A stretch of DNA of 33,266 nt, taken from a virus. Lineage: Duplodnaviria; Heunggongvirae; Uroviricota; Caudoviricetes. Where the stretch lies: the IMG/VR virus record IMGVR_UViG_3300010355_000975. The stretch is one strand, 5' to 3'. Positions 1 through 10,038 of this stretch are shown here, piece by piece (position 1 is the first letter of the stretch; each line of letters begins with the position of its first letter). The translations under genes were made by a program, and so were the position numbers. Below the pieces are notes generated by a model, which worked only from the letters and a program-made list of their open reading frames with translations, did not search any database and had not been told where the DNA came from.

Positions 1-405
1 TGATGGAGAAGTTACATAATGGAATCTAAAATAGTTTGGTGATTGAATTTCGTATACACGTGCAATATTATTAGATACTTCACCATTATCTACCTGTTCT
101 TGAGTCACATAAGATGTAGAAAAAAGTGGAGGATTATACCCTTTATACATTAAAAAAGAATCACCATATAATTCATAATAATTATTACCATTTAAATAAT
201 TACTATGCACAATCGCATCATGGTACATATTAATAAAAGGATTATGTTTTAAAGATACATCCACCTTTAAAAAAGGTAACATAAATTCATCACATTCAAT
301 TTCATTTGAAAAATAATACTGAATTCGAGCAGGAATATTACTTCCATAAATTGCTACAGGAGAAGCCCCAGAATCAGCATATACCAAATAAGCATTCATA
401 TCCAT
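1..405 (-). CDS. hypothetical protein, 3'-truncated by the window edge (>135 aa)
   Basis: Not in the ORF track. ATG at 405 overlaps the upstream TAA (TAATG), and the frame is open to position 1: MDMNAYLVYADSGASPVAIYGSNIPARIQYYFSNEIECDEFMLPFLKVDV... Confidence 0.75.
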   Translation of the reverse strand, partial: MDMNAYLVYADSGASPVAIYGSNIPARIQYYFSNEIECDEFMLPFLKVDVSLKHNPFINMYHDAIVHSNYLNGNNYYELYGDSFLMYKGYNPPLFSTSYVTQEQVDNGEVSNNIARVYEIQSPNYFRFHYVTSPS

Positions 406-605
406 TATCCACCAACTCCTTCGTCCAAAACTTCTGTTTGCTTCCATCCAGAATCATATAACACTGTAAAAAATCGAAATTTATTAGATTCATATAATCT
501 TTTTTTATTATCATTATTCTTTTTAAATAAACTAAAATTTAATAAATTAAGAGAGTGATCTATTTTTAAAAACGTATTTTTAATTGGATTTATTTTAACA
601 GACAT
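405..605 (-). CDS. small hypothetical protein (66 aa, MSVKINPIK...)
   Basis: Track ORF 405..620. The ATG at 605 overlaps the end of the preceding gene and is the likelier start. Confidence 0.6.
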   Translation of the reverse strand: MSVKINPIKNTFLKIDHSLNLLNFSLFKKNNDNKKRLYESNKFRFFTVLYDSGWKQTEVLDEGVGG

Positions 606-1038
606 GAACCATATCCTCATTTAAAATTACTAAACTTAAATCACATAAACAATCATAATAAACATAAGCTGTATCTCGAAATACTTGATAAAAAAGAATT
701 TGAATCTCGTAAATATTTTCCTCAATGTATTTCCATAAAATGTGTTGTGTTCCAGAAATCAACAAAACTCTTGGGTCAATTCCATTTCTGGCATAATACA
801 ATAATTTAACATGACAAAATGGTAATAGATATTCTGATAAACCATTTATTCTATATGTACGAATATATCTGTCTTGATCATCGGTTGATTTGATTAAATT
901 TAATTCTTTTTCTAAAATAATCTCTGTGCCTAATTTTGTCCCCAATTCAAAATCGGGTTTTAATGAATACTGTTGGAAACTAATAACATCATTATTTCCA
1001 TTTTTATAATCTACGTCAATTTGTTTAAAATATTTCAT
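595..1038 (-). CDS. hypothetical protein downstream of the tail-tip gene
   Basis: 147-aa ORF coupled to the 1235-aa gene by a TAATG overlap; no recognisable motif. Confidence 0.7.
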   Translation of the reverse strand: MKYFKQIDVDYKNGNNDVISFQQYSLKPDFELGTKLGTEIILEKELNLIKSTDDQDRYIRTYRINGLSEYLLPFCHVKLLYYARNGIDPRVLLISGTQHILWKYIEENIYEIQILFYQVFRDTAYVYYDCLCDLSLVILNEDMVHVC

Positions 1039-4000
1039 TATTCAACATCCGAAAAAGTATTTGTATCAAATTTTCTAAAATTCAATACATGCTCTTCATC
1101 ATATTCATAATCTTCTTTATCTGGTTCTTTATCAACAATAGCTTCTAATTCTGAACGAGTTTTTTGATTATCACAAGATAAAGAAACTACCATATCTGAT
1201 GATTTAATTGTAATCGATTTAATTGCAATAGGAAATCCATTTTCTTTTGTAAAAATTGTTGGATTAATTGTATTAACTATATTAATTCTAGTTAATAATT
1301 TTAAAGCATAGAAATAATACGCATTTAATGAAATATTTATATTTGCCGAAGTAATAGGCAATACATCACCATTTATGTTCTGCAATTTTTCATATTCTAA
1401 ATTAACTAATTTTTTAAGATAAGCAGTATAGTTATATCCAGCATCTCTATGACGATATAAACCATCGCTTTCATCAATCCACTTATCCTTTGTAATTAAT
1501 CGGCCACTAGCTTTTGAAAATTCTAAATAAGGTGGCTTACCCACACTATATGTTCCCATTTTTGTAATAATGTCAGGAAGTTCTCGTTGCCGACGATGTG
1601 TTAATGCCAATGATTTAAATGTTTTAGATACAATAGCAAAAGGACTTGTGCCAACATATCGACTTGTTGCCATTTCTATTCCACGAATAAAATCCCGCAC
1701 TCGAATAAACCAAAAGTATGCCCAATTGGGTAATGTGCGTAATGTTTGATTATTATACTCATCTAAATCACTTGATAAAGATACTAATCGAATTACGTTT
1801 TGTTCAATCTTATCCCCCAAATCGGCAATTACGCCAGTATAAACAATAGGATTTTCTTCAGCATTAGTTATTTTAGGTTCAGACTTCCAAAATTTTTGAT
1901 TGTATACACTAACGCTATTATAATAACTATTAGCACTATCATAATCATTAAAAAACATTGCTTGATTTTTTCGAAAAACCCATTCCGTTCCAGACCAATA
2001 CCGGCTATTTTGATTTACAATTATTAATCGTTCATCCATTACTGGATTTTCAATTGTTTCATTACAAGAAATAATGTGAAATAAGGTTCTATACTCATTT
2101 AATCCGGGCATTCCTAAATTAATGGATTTTTTATTAGAATCTGGTTCATCGGCTAAAATAGACACCGAAACAATTTCGCCTGATCTATCATATGTTAAAT
2201 CAGTCTTTGCAATAGTACCATCAATTTCTAAATTATCTTTTATATAAATCTTTACATTATTTTGATTTGAAATGATACTTGTCGCACCAGCGATTGTTTT
2301 ATCAATGTCGTCATGCCTTCTCGCCAATTTAAATACTGCACTACTTGTACTATCAATAGTGTGCGTTATTGTAATATCATCAAGTTTTAAATCGCCCGGT
2401 AATAATTCGACATCATCTAAATAAACTTTAAAATCTTCTTGCCCAATTGGAATGATTTCCACGGGCGTATCTTCTAACCAAGTAAGTGTATTATCAATAA
2501 AAAATTTATTCTCATAAAGATAAGGAAATTTATTATCAATAAAAAATGCTTCTGTAAAATTTAATTGATTATCTATAAAAAATTTATTTTCTTGAAGATA
2601 AGAAAAATTATTATCAATAAAAAATGTATCTCTTTCATCAATTGTATAAATTTCTTCAGTTGACTTATCTGTAACTGCAAAAATAAACCCATTAGCAAAA
2701 TAGCCATTCACTAATGTTATATTATCTGTATCGCTTAAATCAATAATTGTTTGGTCAGATAAATCATTTAGCAAAATTTTAGCCACTTTACCATTTGCGC
2801 CGCCAATGTATAAATAACCATTTTGCGAATTATAAACCACATCATTAGCATTATTTAATCCAATAATTGAAACAGCAGACCACGTTACATTATCTGGATC
2901 AGTAGTATCAACCTTAGTAATTTTTGCAGGAATAGTATCTGTTACAAAAATAAGCGGATTAACGGAAATAATTTTTGAAGCATAATTCGCTGTACCTTGA
3001 GGAATAGTCGCTTGACTTTCTTCATTCCACACAACAGATTCATCAAGATTAATACTAATGTCTTCACTTTTTTCATCATTCCAAACAATTGATTCATCCA
3101 CATCAAAGATAATTTTGGTTGAAATTTTTTCATCAACAACTTCATTCCAAATAATCGATTCATCAATTGTAAAAAATTCATTTCCAAAAGATTGATTTTC
3201 TTCATTCCAAATAATAGATTCGTCTAATTGAATTGTTATATCCGATGACAATTCTTCATTCCAAATAATTGATTCATTCAAATTAAAGAATAAATCATTT
3301 GGGTTAGTTTCTTCAGAAGAAAAACTCAATAAATCGTCTGTTTCAGATAATAATTCAACAACTCGATAAGTATCGCCTCTATCAATCCCTACAGAAATTT
3401 TAACTTCATCCATTAGACCATTGACAAAATAACTAATTGCCGAATTTGCACCGATTTGCAAAGGCACATCACGTGCAATAAAACTTTTTGCCGAAGAAGC
3501 AGATAAAATTAAAGTGTTATTAGCATAGATTTTAAAATTACTACCATTTCTTGTAACAAACATACGATACCAAGTGGAAATTGATGGACTCCAACCAGCA
3601 CTCATATCAGGCCCACCATTATAATCCCTAAATCGTATATTGCTTCCTTCTTTTGCTAAATATAAATAACTACTTCCACTTGTGGGTCTTCCCAAAAAGC
3701 ATTGATACCCACTCACTGAATCAAAATACACTAAAAAACTAATTGTAAAATCAGATGTTGCCCAATCCCAATCTGCCGAATCAGGTAACGAAATATAATC
3801 GCCCCCGTCAAAATCTTGTGCTTTATTTATTAATCCAGCAACTTGCGTTGGAACAGCCCCCGGAGTACCTGCCCCTCCTTGCCCATCGTGATTATTGGCA
3901 GTTGAGTCCAAAAATTCCCCAACAGACCCATCCCCCGATTGATCTAAACTTAATACTGCTTTAAAATAAGAATCATATACATTAGTTGGATCAGATAAAT

Positions 4001-4745
4001 CAGATGCGCCATCATATCCATAATAAATATAAATATCAGTATCAATTAAAGATGATACTTCAGGGACTTTAACTTTATAATGCCCAACCTCATTAATACT
4101 ATCATGAACTCGTCGTTCAAATTTTAATAAGGTTATTTCATCAGAAGCAGTAAAAATAACATCATCACCACTCGCCAACGCCTTAGTAAAATCAAATGTA
4201 TCAGCATCCAAAAAAACATCTAAATCAAAATTAGCTAATGCTGGATTAATAGATTCAAATGACTTAAATTCTGTAACTTGAGCATAATTTCCACCTGATG
4301 TTGACGTAATATATAAGCGATAATACCTATAAGCAGTAGTATTATTGAAAGTATATGATTTAGGCGTATCATTTAGCCATGTTTCGCCAGTAACAGTATG
4401 TAAAACTGTCCAATCACTATCATCATTACTACCTTCAAATGTAAAATTAACCAATTTAGCATTGGCATCGGCAACTCTAGGTGTAATCTCAAATTTAGTT
4501 GCTATTTTAGTTACTCCACTGCCCAAATCATATTTCAACCAAACCGGCAATGGCCCACTTGTGGAACTTGTCCACCAAGTGCCGGTATTAATATCAAAAG
4601 CATTGGAAGCTACATCGCCGCCCTGTGAAGAACTTGCAGACGCACTTCCTCCGCTAAATATCGTTGATGTATATGAAATAGGAACATCGTTTGCCGATAT
4701 AGTTATCTTTTTTCGATATAAATAATTTGGATTATACCAAGACAT
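1038..4745 (-). CDS. multidomain tail-tip protein: DUF2341-like with inserted F5/8-type C (discoidin) domain, LamG/ConA-like lectin, repeats, beta-propeller-like segment, probable C-terminal hub (Tal-like) region
   Basis: WYNPNYLYRKKITI...FDFTKALASGDDVIFT...DTDIYIYYG (DUF2341-like); AFDINTGTWW...WLKYDLG...EGSNDDSDW...YRYYRLYI (F5/8C); QDFDGGDYI...DFTISFLVY...WYRMFVTRNG...GLMDEVKIS (LamG). Lies downstream of the tape measure and Dit-like genes. The hub call is inference. Confidence 0.75.
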   Translation of the reverse strand: MSWYNPNYLYRKKITISANDVPISYTSTIFSGGSASASSSQGGDVASNAFDINTGTWWTSSTSGPLPVWLKYDLGSGVTKIATKFEITPRVADANAKLVNFTFEGSNDDSDWTVLHTVTGETWLNDTPKSYTFNNTTAYRYYRLYITSTSGGNYAQVTEFKSFESINPALANFDLDVFLDADTFDFTKALASGDDVIFTASDEITLLKFERRVHDSINEVGHYKVKVPEVSSLIDTDIYIYYGYDGASDLSDPTNVYDSYFKAVLSLDQSGDGSVGEFLDSTANNHDGQGGAGTPGAVPTQVAGLINKAQDFDGGDYISLPDSADWDWATSDFTISFLVYFDSVSGYQCFLGRPTSGSSYLYLAKEGSNIRFRDYNGGPDMSAGWSPSISTWYRMFVTRNGSNFKIYANNTLILSASSAKSFIARDVPLQIGANSAISYFVNGLMDEVKISVGIDRGDTYRVVELLSETDDLLSFSSEETNPNDLFFNLNESIIWNEELSSDITIQLDESIIWNEENQSFGNEFFTIDESIIWNEVVDEKISTKIIFDVDESIVWNDEKSEDISINLDESVVWNEESQATIPQGTANYASKIISVNPLIFVTDTIPAKITKVDTTDPDNVTWSAVSIIGLNNANDVVYNSQNGYLYIGGANGKVAKILLNDLSDQTIIDLSDTDNITLVNGYFANGFIFAVTDKSTEEIYTIDERDTFFIDNNFSYLQENKFFIDNQLNFTEAFFIDNKFPYLYENKFFIDNTLTWLEDTPVEIIPIGQEDFKVYLDDVELLPGDLKLDDITITHTIDSTSSAVFKLARRHDDIDKTIAGATSIISNQNNVKIYIKDNLEIDGTIAKTDLTYDRSGEIVSVSILADEPDSNKKSINLGMPGLNEYRTLFHIISCNETIENPVMDERLIIVNQNSRYWSGTEWVFRKNQAMFFNDYDSANSYYNSVSVYNQKFWKSEPKITNAEENPIVYTGVIADLGDKIEQNVIRLVSLSSDLDEYNNQTLRTLPNWAYFWFIRVRDFIRGIEMATSRYVGTSPFAIVSKTFKSLALTHRRQRELPDIITKMGTYSVGKPPYLEFSKASGRLITKDKWIDESDGLYRHRDAGYNYTAYLKKLVNLEYEKLQNINGDVLPITSANINISLNAYYFYALKLLTRINIVNTINPTIFTKENGFPIAIKSITIKSSDMVVSLSCDNQKTRSELEAIVDKEPDKEDYEYDEEHVLNFRKFDTNTFSDVE
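2478..2624 (-). repeat. 4 coding repeats of FFIDN (12-14 aa period)
   Basis: FFIDNNFSYLQENK FFIDNQLNFTEA FFIDNKFPYLYENK FFIDNTLTW; DNA unit ttatcaataaaaaa recurs on the plus strand. Confidence 0.85.
3018..3290 (-). repeat. 5 coding repeats of (D/N)ESI(I/V)WN(E/D)E
   Basis: LNESIIWNEE, LDESIIWNEE, IDESIIWNEV, VDESIVWNDE, LDESVVWNEE; DNA unit ttcattccaaataat.gattc recurs. Confidence 0.9.
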
Positions 4746-5183
4746 TTATGCTCTAGTTCCATTTAATGTAACAGTAACAGTTAATGTTTTTGTAGCATCT
4801 ACAGCAATACCGCCTGTTAATGCTCTATTCATCATAACAGAAGCCCCATTAAATACTCCAATTTCTTCAATGGTTTCATCAACACTAGATGTAAATGTAA
4901 ATGTGTAAGCCCATTGCATTTTCCCACCAGTATGAGTATTTACAGCTTCTTGCCTATCAAATTCTGCTCCTAATGCACTATCAGATGTTTGCACAGCAGT
5001 TGAATCCGTTCCAATGGCAATATCATCAAATCCATCTACCGATACTTTTCCCGCAAGTTTTTCTAATTCCTCTAGCCCATCATCTACAATAGTATTATGA
5101 ACACTTCCTTTTTCTAAAATTTGCCCAGTATAAACATCAGCTACTTCCCAATAAACATTTACATTGTTTTTAATTTCATTCAT
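4746..5183 (-). CDS. tail-associated structural protein (tail-collar/fibre-base-like family)
   Basis: HNTIVDDGL...IAIGTDSTAVQTSDSALGAE...IEEIGVFN...MMNRAL...TLTVTVTL, a pattern common in phage tail modules; SD AAGGAG. Confidence 0.65.
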   Translation of the reverse strand: MNEIKNNVNVYWEVADVYTGQILEKGSVHNTIVDDGLEELEKLAGKVSVDGFDDIAIGTDSTAVQTSDSALGAEFDRQEAVNTHTGGKMQWAYTFTFTSSVDETIEEIGVFNGASVMMNRALTGGIAVDATKTLTVTVTLNGTRA

Positions 5184-5193
5184 TGTTTTCTCC

Positions 5194-5757
5194 TTAATCG
5201 GTAATTTGTATAACAGAATATTCTGGTGTTGTTGATAAATTATATACTCTAACTAAATTAACTGGTGCAGTATATGTAGTAATCCATATTTCATTATTTG
5301 CATCGGATATAAAAGAAGAAGCATTTGTTATGGTTGATAAATCAATTATGGAACTATATGTACCATTATAAGTGTATTTAATAATTTTAGTATTAGTGCC
5401 ACTCATATTTCCGGGAATTAAAAAATAAACATACCCACTAATTCGCAAAATATCCACTGGCGATTCAATTATTCCAACAGGCGTTTCAAAATCATATACT
5501 AATTGATTATCTACTACCCCTTGCCCCAATAATGTACTATGTTCTCCTGCTAAAAATACACCACTACTAACAATCATTGATGATACATCAGTTAAATCAA
5601 GCGATATTTGAACAGCTATTTGGGACGGATTTGTTGCAATAGTTTTTCGTAATAAACATCCATCTGATTCTTTTGTAACAACCCAAAGAAACATACCATC
5701 TGGTTTAATTGCCAAAGGCGTTTGATAAGTAGATTCATTTTTTCTAATAGTAATCAT
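5194..5757 (-). CDS. putative tail protein, beta-propeller-like strands
   Basis: 187 aa of short hydrophobic strands (LWVVT, YVYFLI, IIKY, IWITT); located in the tail-tip cluster. Confidence 0.5.
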   Translation of the reverse strand: MITIRKNESTYQTPLAIKPDGMFLWVVTKESDGCLLRKTIATNPSQIAVQISLDLTDVSSMIVSSGVFLAGEHSTLLGQGVVDNQLVYDFETPVGIIESPVDILRISGYVYFLIPGNMSGTNTKIIKYTYNGTYSSIIDLSTITNASSFISDANNEIWITTYTAPVNLVRVYNLSTTPEYSVIQITD

Positions 5758-5759
5758 AA

Positions 5760-6386
5760 TTAACTCGCTGATAAAAATTTACAAACAAAAGGGGGCATTA
5801 CATTCCCACCAAGTGAAACAGATGCAGGAATAATAATTTTAATAGCACAGTACAGTGTTTTAGCAACACTCAATGCTCCTGCACCACCATTTAATAATAA
5901 ATAATACCCAAAACCACTACCTGCCAAATGCGAACCGATCCACGAGTCGCCGGGCAATCCATTAGTTGTTACCACGCCTCGCCACCATGAATTAGCGGCT
6001 GTTCCTTCGCCTAATGTTACATCATCAATCGAATCACAATCTCTATTATCCCATAATTCTAACACTGGTTCAGATGCAGTACTTCCATCAAAATCAAACG
6101 CCATAACATATCTGGCGTTTTGATCACCCATTAATGGAATTTCTCTTAATTCATTTTCACTTATATCAGCTAAAAAGTATTTAGGAACAATCTGTTGAAC
6201 TCCTGATAAAATTGAACCAGCAGAAATTAATTGTGTTTCTGAAGGAATTGATTCACCATCTTTCACTGTATCAGAACCCGCTGAATAAATAATGTAATCA
6301 TTTCCTTGTGAAAATTCAACCCAATCTCCACCAACACCTAAAGCTAAATCATCTTCGCTACAATTTAAATGAACTGTTAAAGCCAT
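5760..6386 (-). CDS. putative tail/baseplate structural protein
   Basis: Track ORF 5760..6407; SD AAGGAG precedes the ATG at 6386 (MALTVHLN...). Directly follows the Dit-like gene. Confidence 0.5.
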   Translation of the reverse strand: MALTVHLNCSEDDLALGVGGDWVEFSQGNDYIIYSAGSDTVKDGESIPSETQLISAGSILSGVQQIVPKYFLADISENELREIPLMGDQNARYVMAFDFDGSTASEPVLELWDNRDCDSIDDVTLGEGTAANSWWRGVVTTNGLPGDSWIGSHLAGSGFGYYLLLNGGAGALSVAKTLYCAIKIIIPASVSLGGNVMPPFVCKFLSAS

Positions 6387-6397
6387 AGTATTCTCCT

Positions 6398-6817
6398 TTA
6401 AGACCAACTGTTTGCACGTAAAATAACTGTCATATCTGCAAAACGAACTAAATTGCCATTTTCATTCCATGAACTATCTTCTAATCGTTTTACATTCCAC
6501 GATTTTGAAGTAGATGGCGTTCGACCAATTTTTAAAATGTATGGCGTATTATAAACAATTGTTGTATCTAAAGCATCTATCTTTGCTATTAATGCCTCAT
6601 AATTACTTGCTTGTAATCTAAATTTTAATTCAATGTTAAATGGAGCTTTTTGACTTCCCGGAACAATAATACTGCCATACCCACGAAAACCATCGTGCTC
6701 TGAATAACGTTTTGGATTTTTACCTATAGAACTATCTCCAAACACATTAGTAAATGTATAAATTACCGCTGTATCTGATGAATTATATAATAAATAAGTT
6801 GGCGCATAATCACTCAT
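6398..6817 (-). CDS. distal tail protein (Dit)-like
   Basis: 139 aa directly after the tape measure gene; ...GSIIVPGSQKAPFNIELKFRLQASNYEALIAKIDAL... resembles Dit/gpU-type proteins. Mostly positional. Confidence 0.6.
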   Translation of the reverse strand: MSDYAPTYLLYNSSDTAVIYTFTNVFGDSSIGKNPKRYSEHDGFRGYGSIIVPGSQKAPFNIELKFRLQASNYEALIAKIDALDTTIVYNTPYILKIGRTPSTSKSWNVKRLEDSSWNENGNLVRFADMTVILRANSWS

Positions 6818-6826
6818 AATAAGTCC

Positions 6827-9800
6827 TTATTGTGGAGTTTGTTTACCAAATAATTGATTATTTACTTCAGTAAGAGTTTGTTGCTTCATGTTTTCAAATT
6901 CTTTATCAATAAGATCATTTATATATTTAGAATCCTTTACGTCAAAATTCATTTTTATATCACCAAATTTAACCTGCACAGAAGACGAAGGCGTGGACAT
7001 AGATGGCGTTTTAGCTAAAGCCGCTAAATCAGTTTGATCTCTTTGAATTATCGCTTCTTGATTTGGTACACCAACCCCGGCTATCTTATTGATAAATAAT
7101 GAATCGGCCATTGTTAATAATGCTTCCGTGTTTTTTGCTACTGCATCAATGTGCTGACGCTGTAATCTCTGTAATTCGGCTGAATTTAATGCTGAACTAG
7201 AACTTTCAATTTGTTGAAATTCACTAATAGCGGCTTGTAATTTACTACTTGCATCACTTAAATCAATTCCACGAATCGATTCTTCCTGAATTGCTATTCT
7301 TGAACCACCTCGTAATTTTGACAAATCTTTAGCAGTTTCTTTTGAAAAAAGATTAAAATCAAATCCTGTTGCGCCTTTTTTTGATAATGTTGATATTTGC
7401 TCACCTTTAAAAAATTGTTCGGCTTGTTTAGCTTCAAATAAATCAGCCCATTGATCGGCAAAAATTTCTGCCGCCTTACCACCTTGCTTAATAAATGCAG
7501 AAAAATCCATCTCACCAGACAATACATCGCCAATTTTTTTAGCAACATCTACACCTTGTTCTTGCGCTATTTTATATAATTTAATTGAATCTGACCCCAA
7601 TTTTGATTGAAGTCGTTTCTCTTCATTAATTGCTTGCTCAATTTTTAATTTTCTATCTAATAATTCTATTCCTTCCTTATCAAGCCGAAATTGTTGAGAT
7701 AATAAATTAGTAGCTTTTAAAATTTCTGATTCTAATGCACCTTGAAGACGTAATTTATTTAATTCAATTTCTAATGTTTTTTCCGCTACTTTTTGCCGAT
7801 TGGATTCAGATATAGTACTCTTTTCTGCTTCTTCATTAGCAACATTAATTTGCTTCTGTAATTCTAATCTTTGCTTTAAAAAGTCTACTGTTTTCTCAAA
7901 TTCTTTAGTAGGCATTTTTAATTCTTTTGCGCCAAAGGTTTCTAACGTTATTAATAATTTTTTTAGTTCAGAAGTATCTAACTGACCTTTCATGCCTTTA
8001 ACTATATTATCACCTATATCATTGCCTATTTTATTTGCTTGTTTAATTAATTCCTTGCCGTCACGCTCTAATTGTTTGGCCTGTTCATTTAAATTTAATA
8101 TTGTAAATGTTGCGAGAGCGGCGGCAGTAGCCACATTCATAGATTTAATTAATGGTATAATGTTTGTTGCTAATGTTTTAGCTAAAACAAGTAATTGTTG
8201 ATGATAGGCAATTGCGCCAGCCACGCCAGCCGCAAACATAGCATGCTTTATACTATATCCTAATGCGCCAGCAGAATCTCTTAATTTTTCTTGAACATCC
8301 ACTATCCGTTTTAAAGATTTAGCATAATCATCACCGCCAACTAATCCTTGCACAAATGTTTTACCAATTTCTTTGTTTAAATTATGGTATCTTTCATTTA
8401 ACCGATTTATTGTTTCTTGTTGTTTTTCGAATTCGCTAGTTAATTCCTTCATATTACTCGTAACAGCAATGTTCGCTTTTAGCGTTTTTTCCAAAGCGGT
8501 CAATGCCGCAAAGGTTTCCGTAGATTTAACGGTAAAAATATCCCCTAAAGTTTCCATTAACTCAATTGGAAGATTATCGGGAGATTTTATTTTTTTCAAT
8601 GCACCAACCATTTGTAAAATAAATTCAATTGTGGATTGCTTTCTTGGATCAAATTTTAAATTTAAAGCATTTGTGATTTTATCAACCTGCGTCAAAGATT
8701 TTAACAAGGATGTGCGAATTAATTGTCCTGCTCTATTTGCTAAACCACCAGTTGATAAAGTGGCCAATAATTTAATTGTATCATCAATTGATAAATTGGC
8801 AATCTTAGCAGTTCCGGCAAATTTTTCCAAGTTGCCAGAAAATTCATCTATTTCAAAAGCATTTGTCTTCCATAATTTATCTGTAAGAGCCAAAGCATTA
8901 TTAATAGCATTTTGTTTTTCTTCTGTTGAATCCATGTCTTCTGTCATTACACGAAGAGAGCGAGCAAAGGCATTAGCTGTATCTTCTGCTTCGCCAAATA
9001 ATGTAACAGATAATTTGGTGGCCGCAATGCCGCCAGCCAAAGACGATTCCATGTCAAATCCAACTGTTGCAAATTTCTGAACTGCTTCAGTAACCTTATC
9101 AACACCAACACCGCTTCTAATTGAAAAATCTTCTATTTCCTTAGACACTTTACTAAAATCCGCTGTTAATGAAGATGATGTAGCAGATAAGTTTCTCTTT
9201 AATTTCTGAAATGCTTTGTCTTGTTCAATAATAGTTTTAATACCATCACGAATAACCATATTAACGCCCATAATAGATTGGCGTAAGGCAAACCAAATAG
9301 GAATTGTCAATAATGCTCTTTTAGCTAATCGAGCAATGTTATCGCCAAATGATACAGTGTTTTTATCGGCATTAGCAGTAGAGTTTTGATAATTATTAAA
9401 TTTATCAGTAACATCTGTAACGCTTCTTGAAACTTCTTGAACCCCATTTGGCAATTTGTTTATGGTTTCTGTAAATTGAAGAATTTGGCCTTTTGATGTT
9501 CCCATTAAATAACCAAATTGCCTAGTGTTATCAGTTACCTTGTTTAAATTCTGGCCAATAACAACTGACGCACTACCAGTATCTTGCAATTGCTTAGCAA
9601 ATTTACGGTTTACATCAGTTAAATTATTGAAATCGGTTGATAGCCCACTTGCCCTACCCTGTAATTGGGCTTGCTGTTTATATAAATCACTGTATTTAGA
9701 TGTAACATTTGTAATACTGGTTGTAAGACCTTTATTTTCATCCTTTACTGATTTCATAACTTCATTTATTTTTAAAAAATGACCCGTCGTTGTTTCAACA

Positions 9801-10036
9801 ACTGTTTGAACATCTTGTAGTGCTTTTTGTCCTTGAGCCGCACCTTTCTCGTCTATTAATGCTACTGTAGACATTTTTCTAATGTCACGCTCGATAATTT
9901 TAGCAACACTTCCATACTGTTGTCCAACATTTTTGGCAACAATTGAATTTAATGTTTGAAAATTATGAAGTTGCACCTCAACATCTGTCATGTCGGCTGT
10001 AAAAACTGCAACTTTTGATAAATAAGAATTTTCCAT
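6827..10036 (-). CDS. tape measure protein
   Basis: 1069 aa, Ala/Leu/Lys-rich and helical, with a TP901-type core (IEDFSIRSGVGVDKVTEAVQKFATVGFD...FAGTAKIANLSIDDTIKLLATL); follows the chaperone pair. The ~0.15 nm/aa rule of thumb gives a tail of up to ~160 nm. Confidence 0.9.
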   Translation of the reverse strand: MENSYLSKVAVFTADMTDVEVQLHNFQTLNSIVAKNVGQQYGSVAKIIERDIRKMSTVALIDEKGAAQGQKALQDVQTVVETTTGHFLKINEVMKSVKDENKGLTTSITNVTSKYSDLYKQQAQLQGRASGLSTDFNNLTDVNRKFAKQLQDTGSASVVIGQNLNKVTDNTRQFGYLMGTSKGQILQFTETINKLPNGVQEVSRSVTDVTDKFNNYQNSTANADKNTVSFGDNIARLAKRALLTIPIWFALRQSIMGVNMVIRDGIKTIIEQDKAFQKLKRNLSATSSSLTADFSKVSKEIEDFSIRSGVGVDKVTEAVQKFATVGFDMESSLAGGIAATKLSVTLFGEAEDTANAFARSLRVMTEDMDSTEEKQNAINNALALTDKLWKTNAFEIDEFSGNLEKFAGTAKIANLSIDDTIKLLATLSTGGLANRAGQLIRTSLLKSLTQVDKITNALNLKFDPRKQSTIEFILQMVGALKKIKSPDNLPIELMETLGDIFTVKSTETFAALTALEKTLKANIAVTSNMKELTSEFEKQQETINRLNERYHNLNKEIGKTFVQGLVGGDDYAKSLKRIVDVQEKLRDSAGALGYSIKHAMFAAGVAGAIAYHQQLLVLAKTLATNIIPLIKSMNVATAAALATFTILNLNEQAKQLERDGKELIKQANKIGNDIGDNIVKGMKGQLDTSELKKLLITLETFGAKELKMPTKEFEKTVDFLKQRLELQKQINVANEEAEKSTISESNRQKVAEKTLEIELNKLRLQGALESEILKATNLLSQQFRLDKEGIELLDRKLKIEQAINEEKRLQSKLGSDSIKLYKIAQEQGVDVAKKIGDVLSGEMDFSAFIKQGGKAAEIFADQWADLFEAKQAEQFFKGEQISTLSKKGATGFDFNLFSKETAKDLSKLRGGSRIAIQEESIRGIDLSDASSKLQAAISEFQQIESSSSALNSAELQRLQRQHIDAVAKNTEALLTMADSLFINKIAGVGVPNQEAIIQRDQTDLAALAKTPSMSTPSSSVQVKFGDIKMNFDVKDSKYINDLIDKEFENMKQQTLTEVNNQLFGKQTPQ

Positions 10037-10038
10037 TT

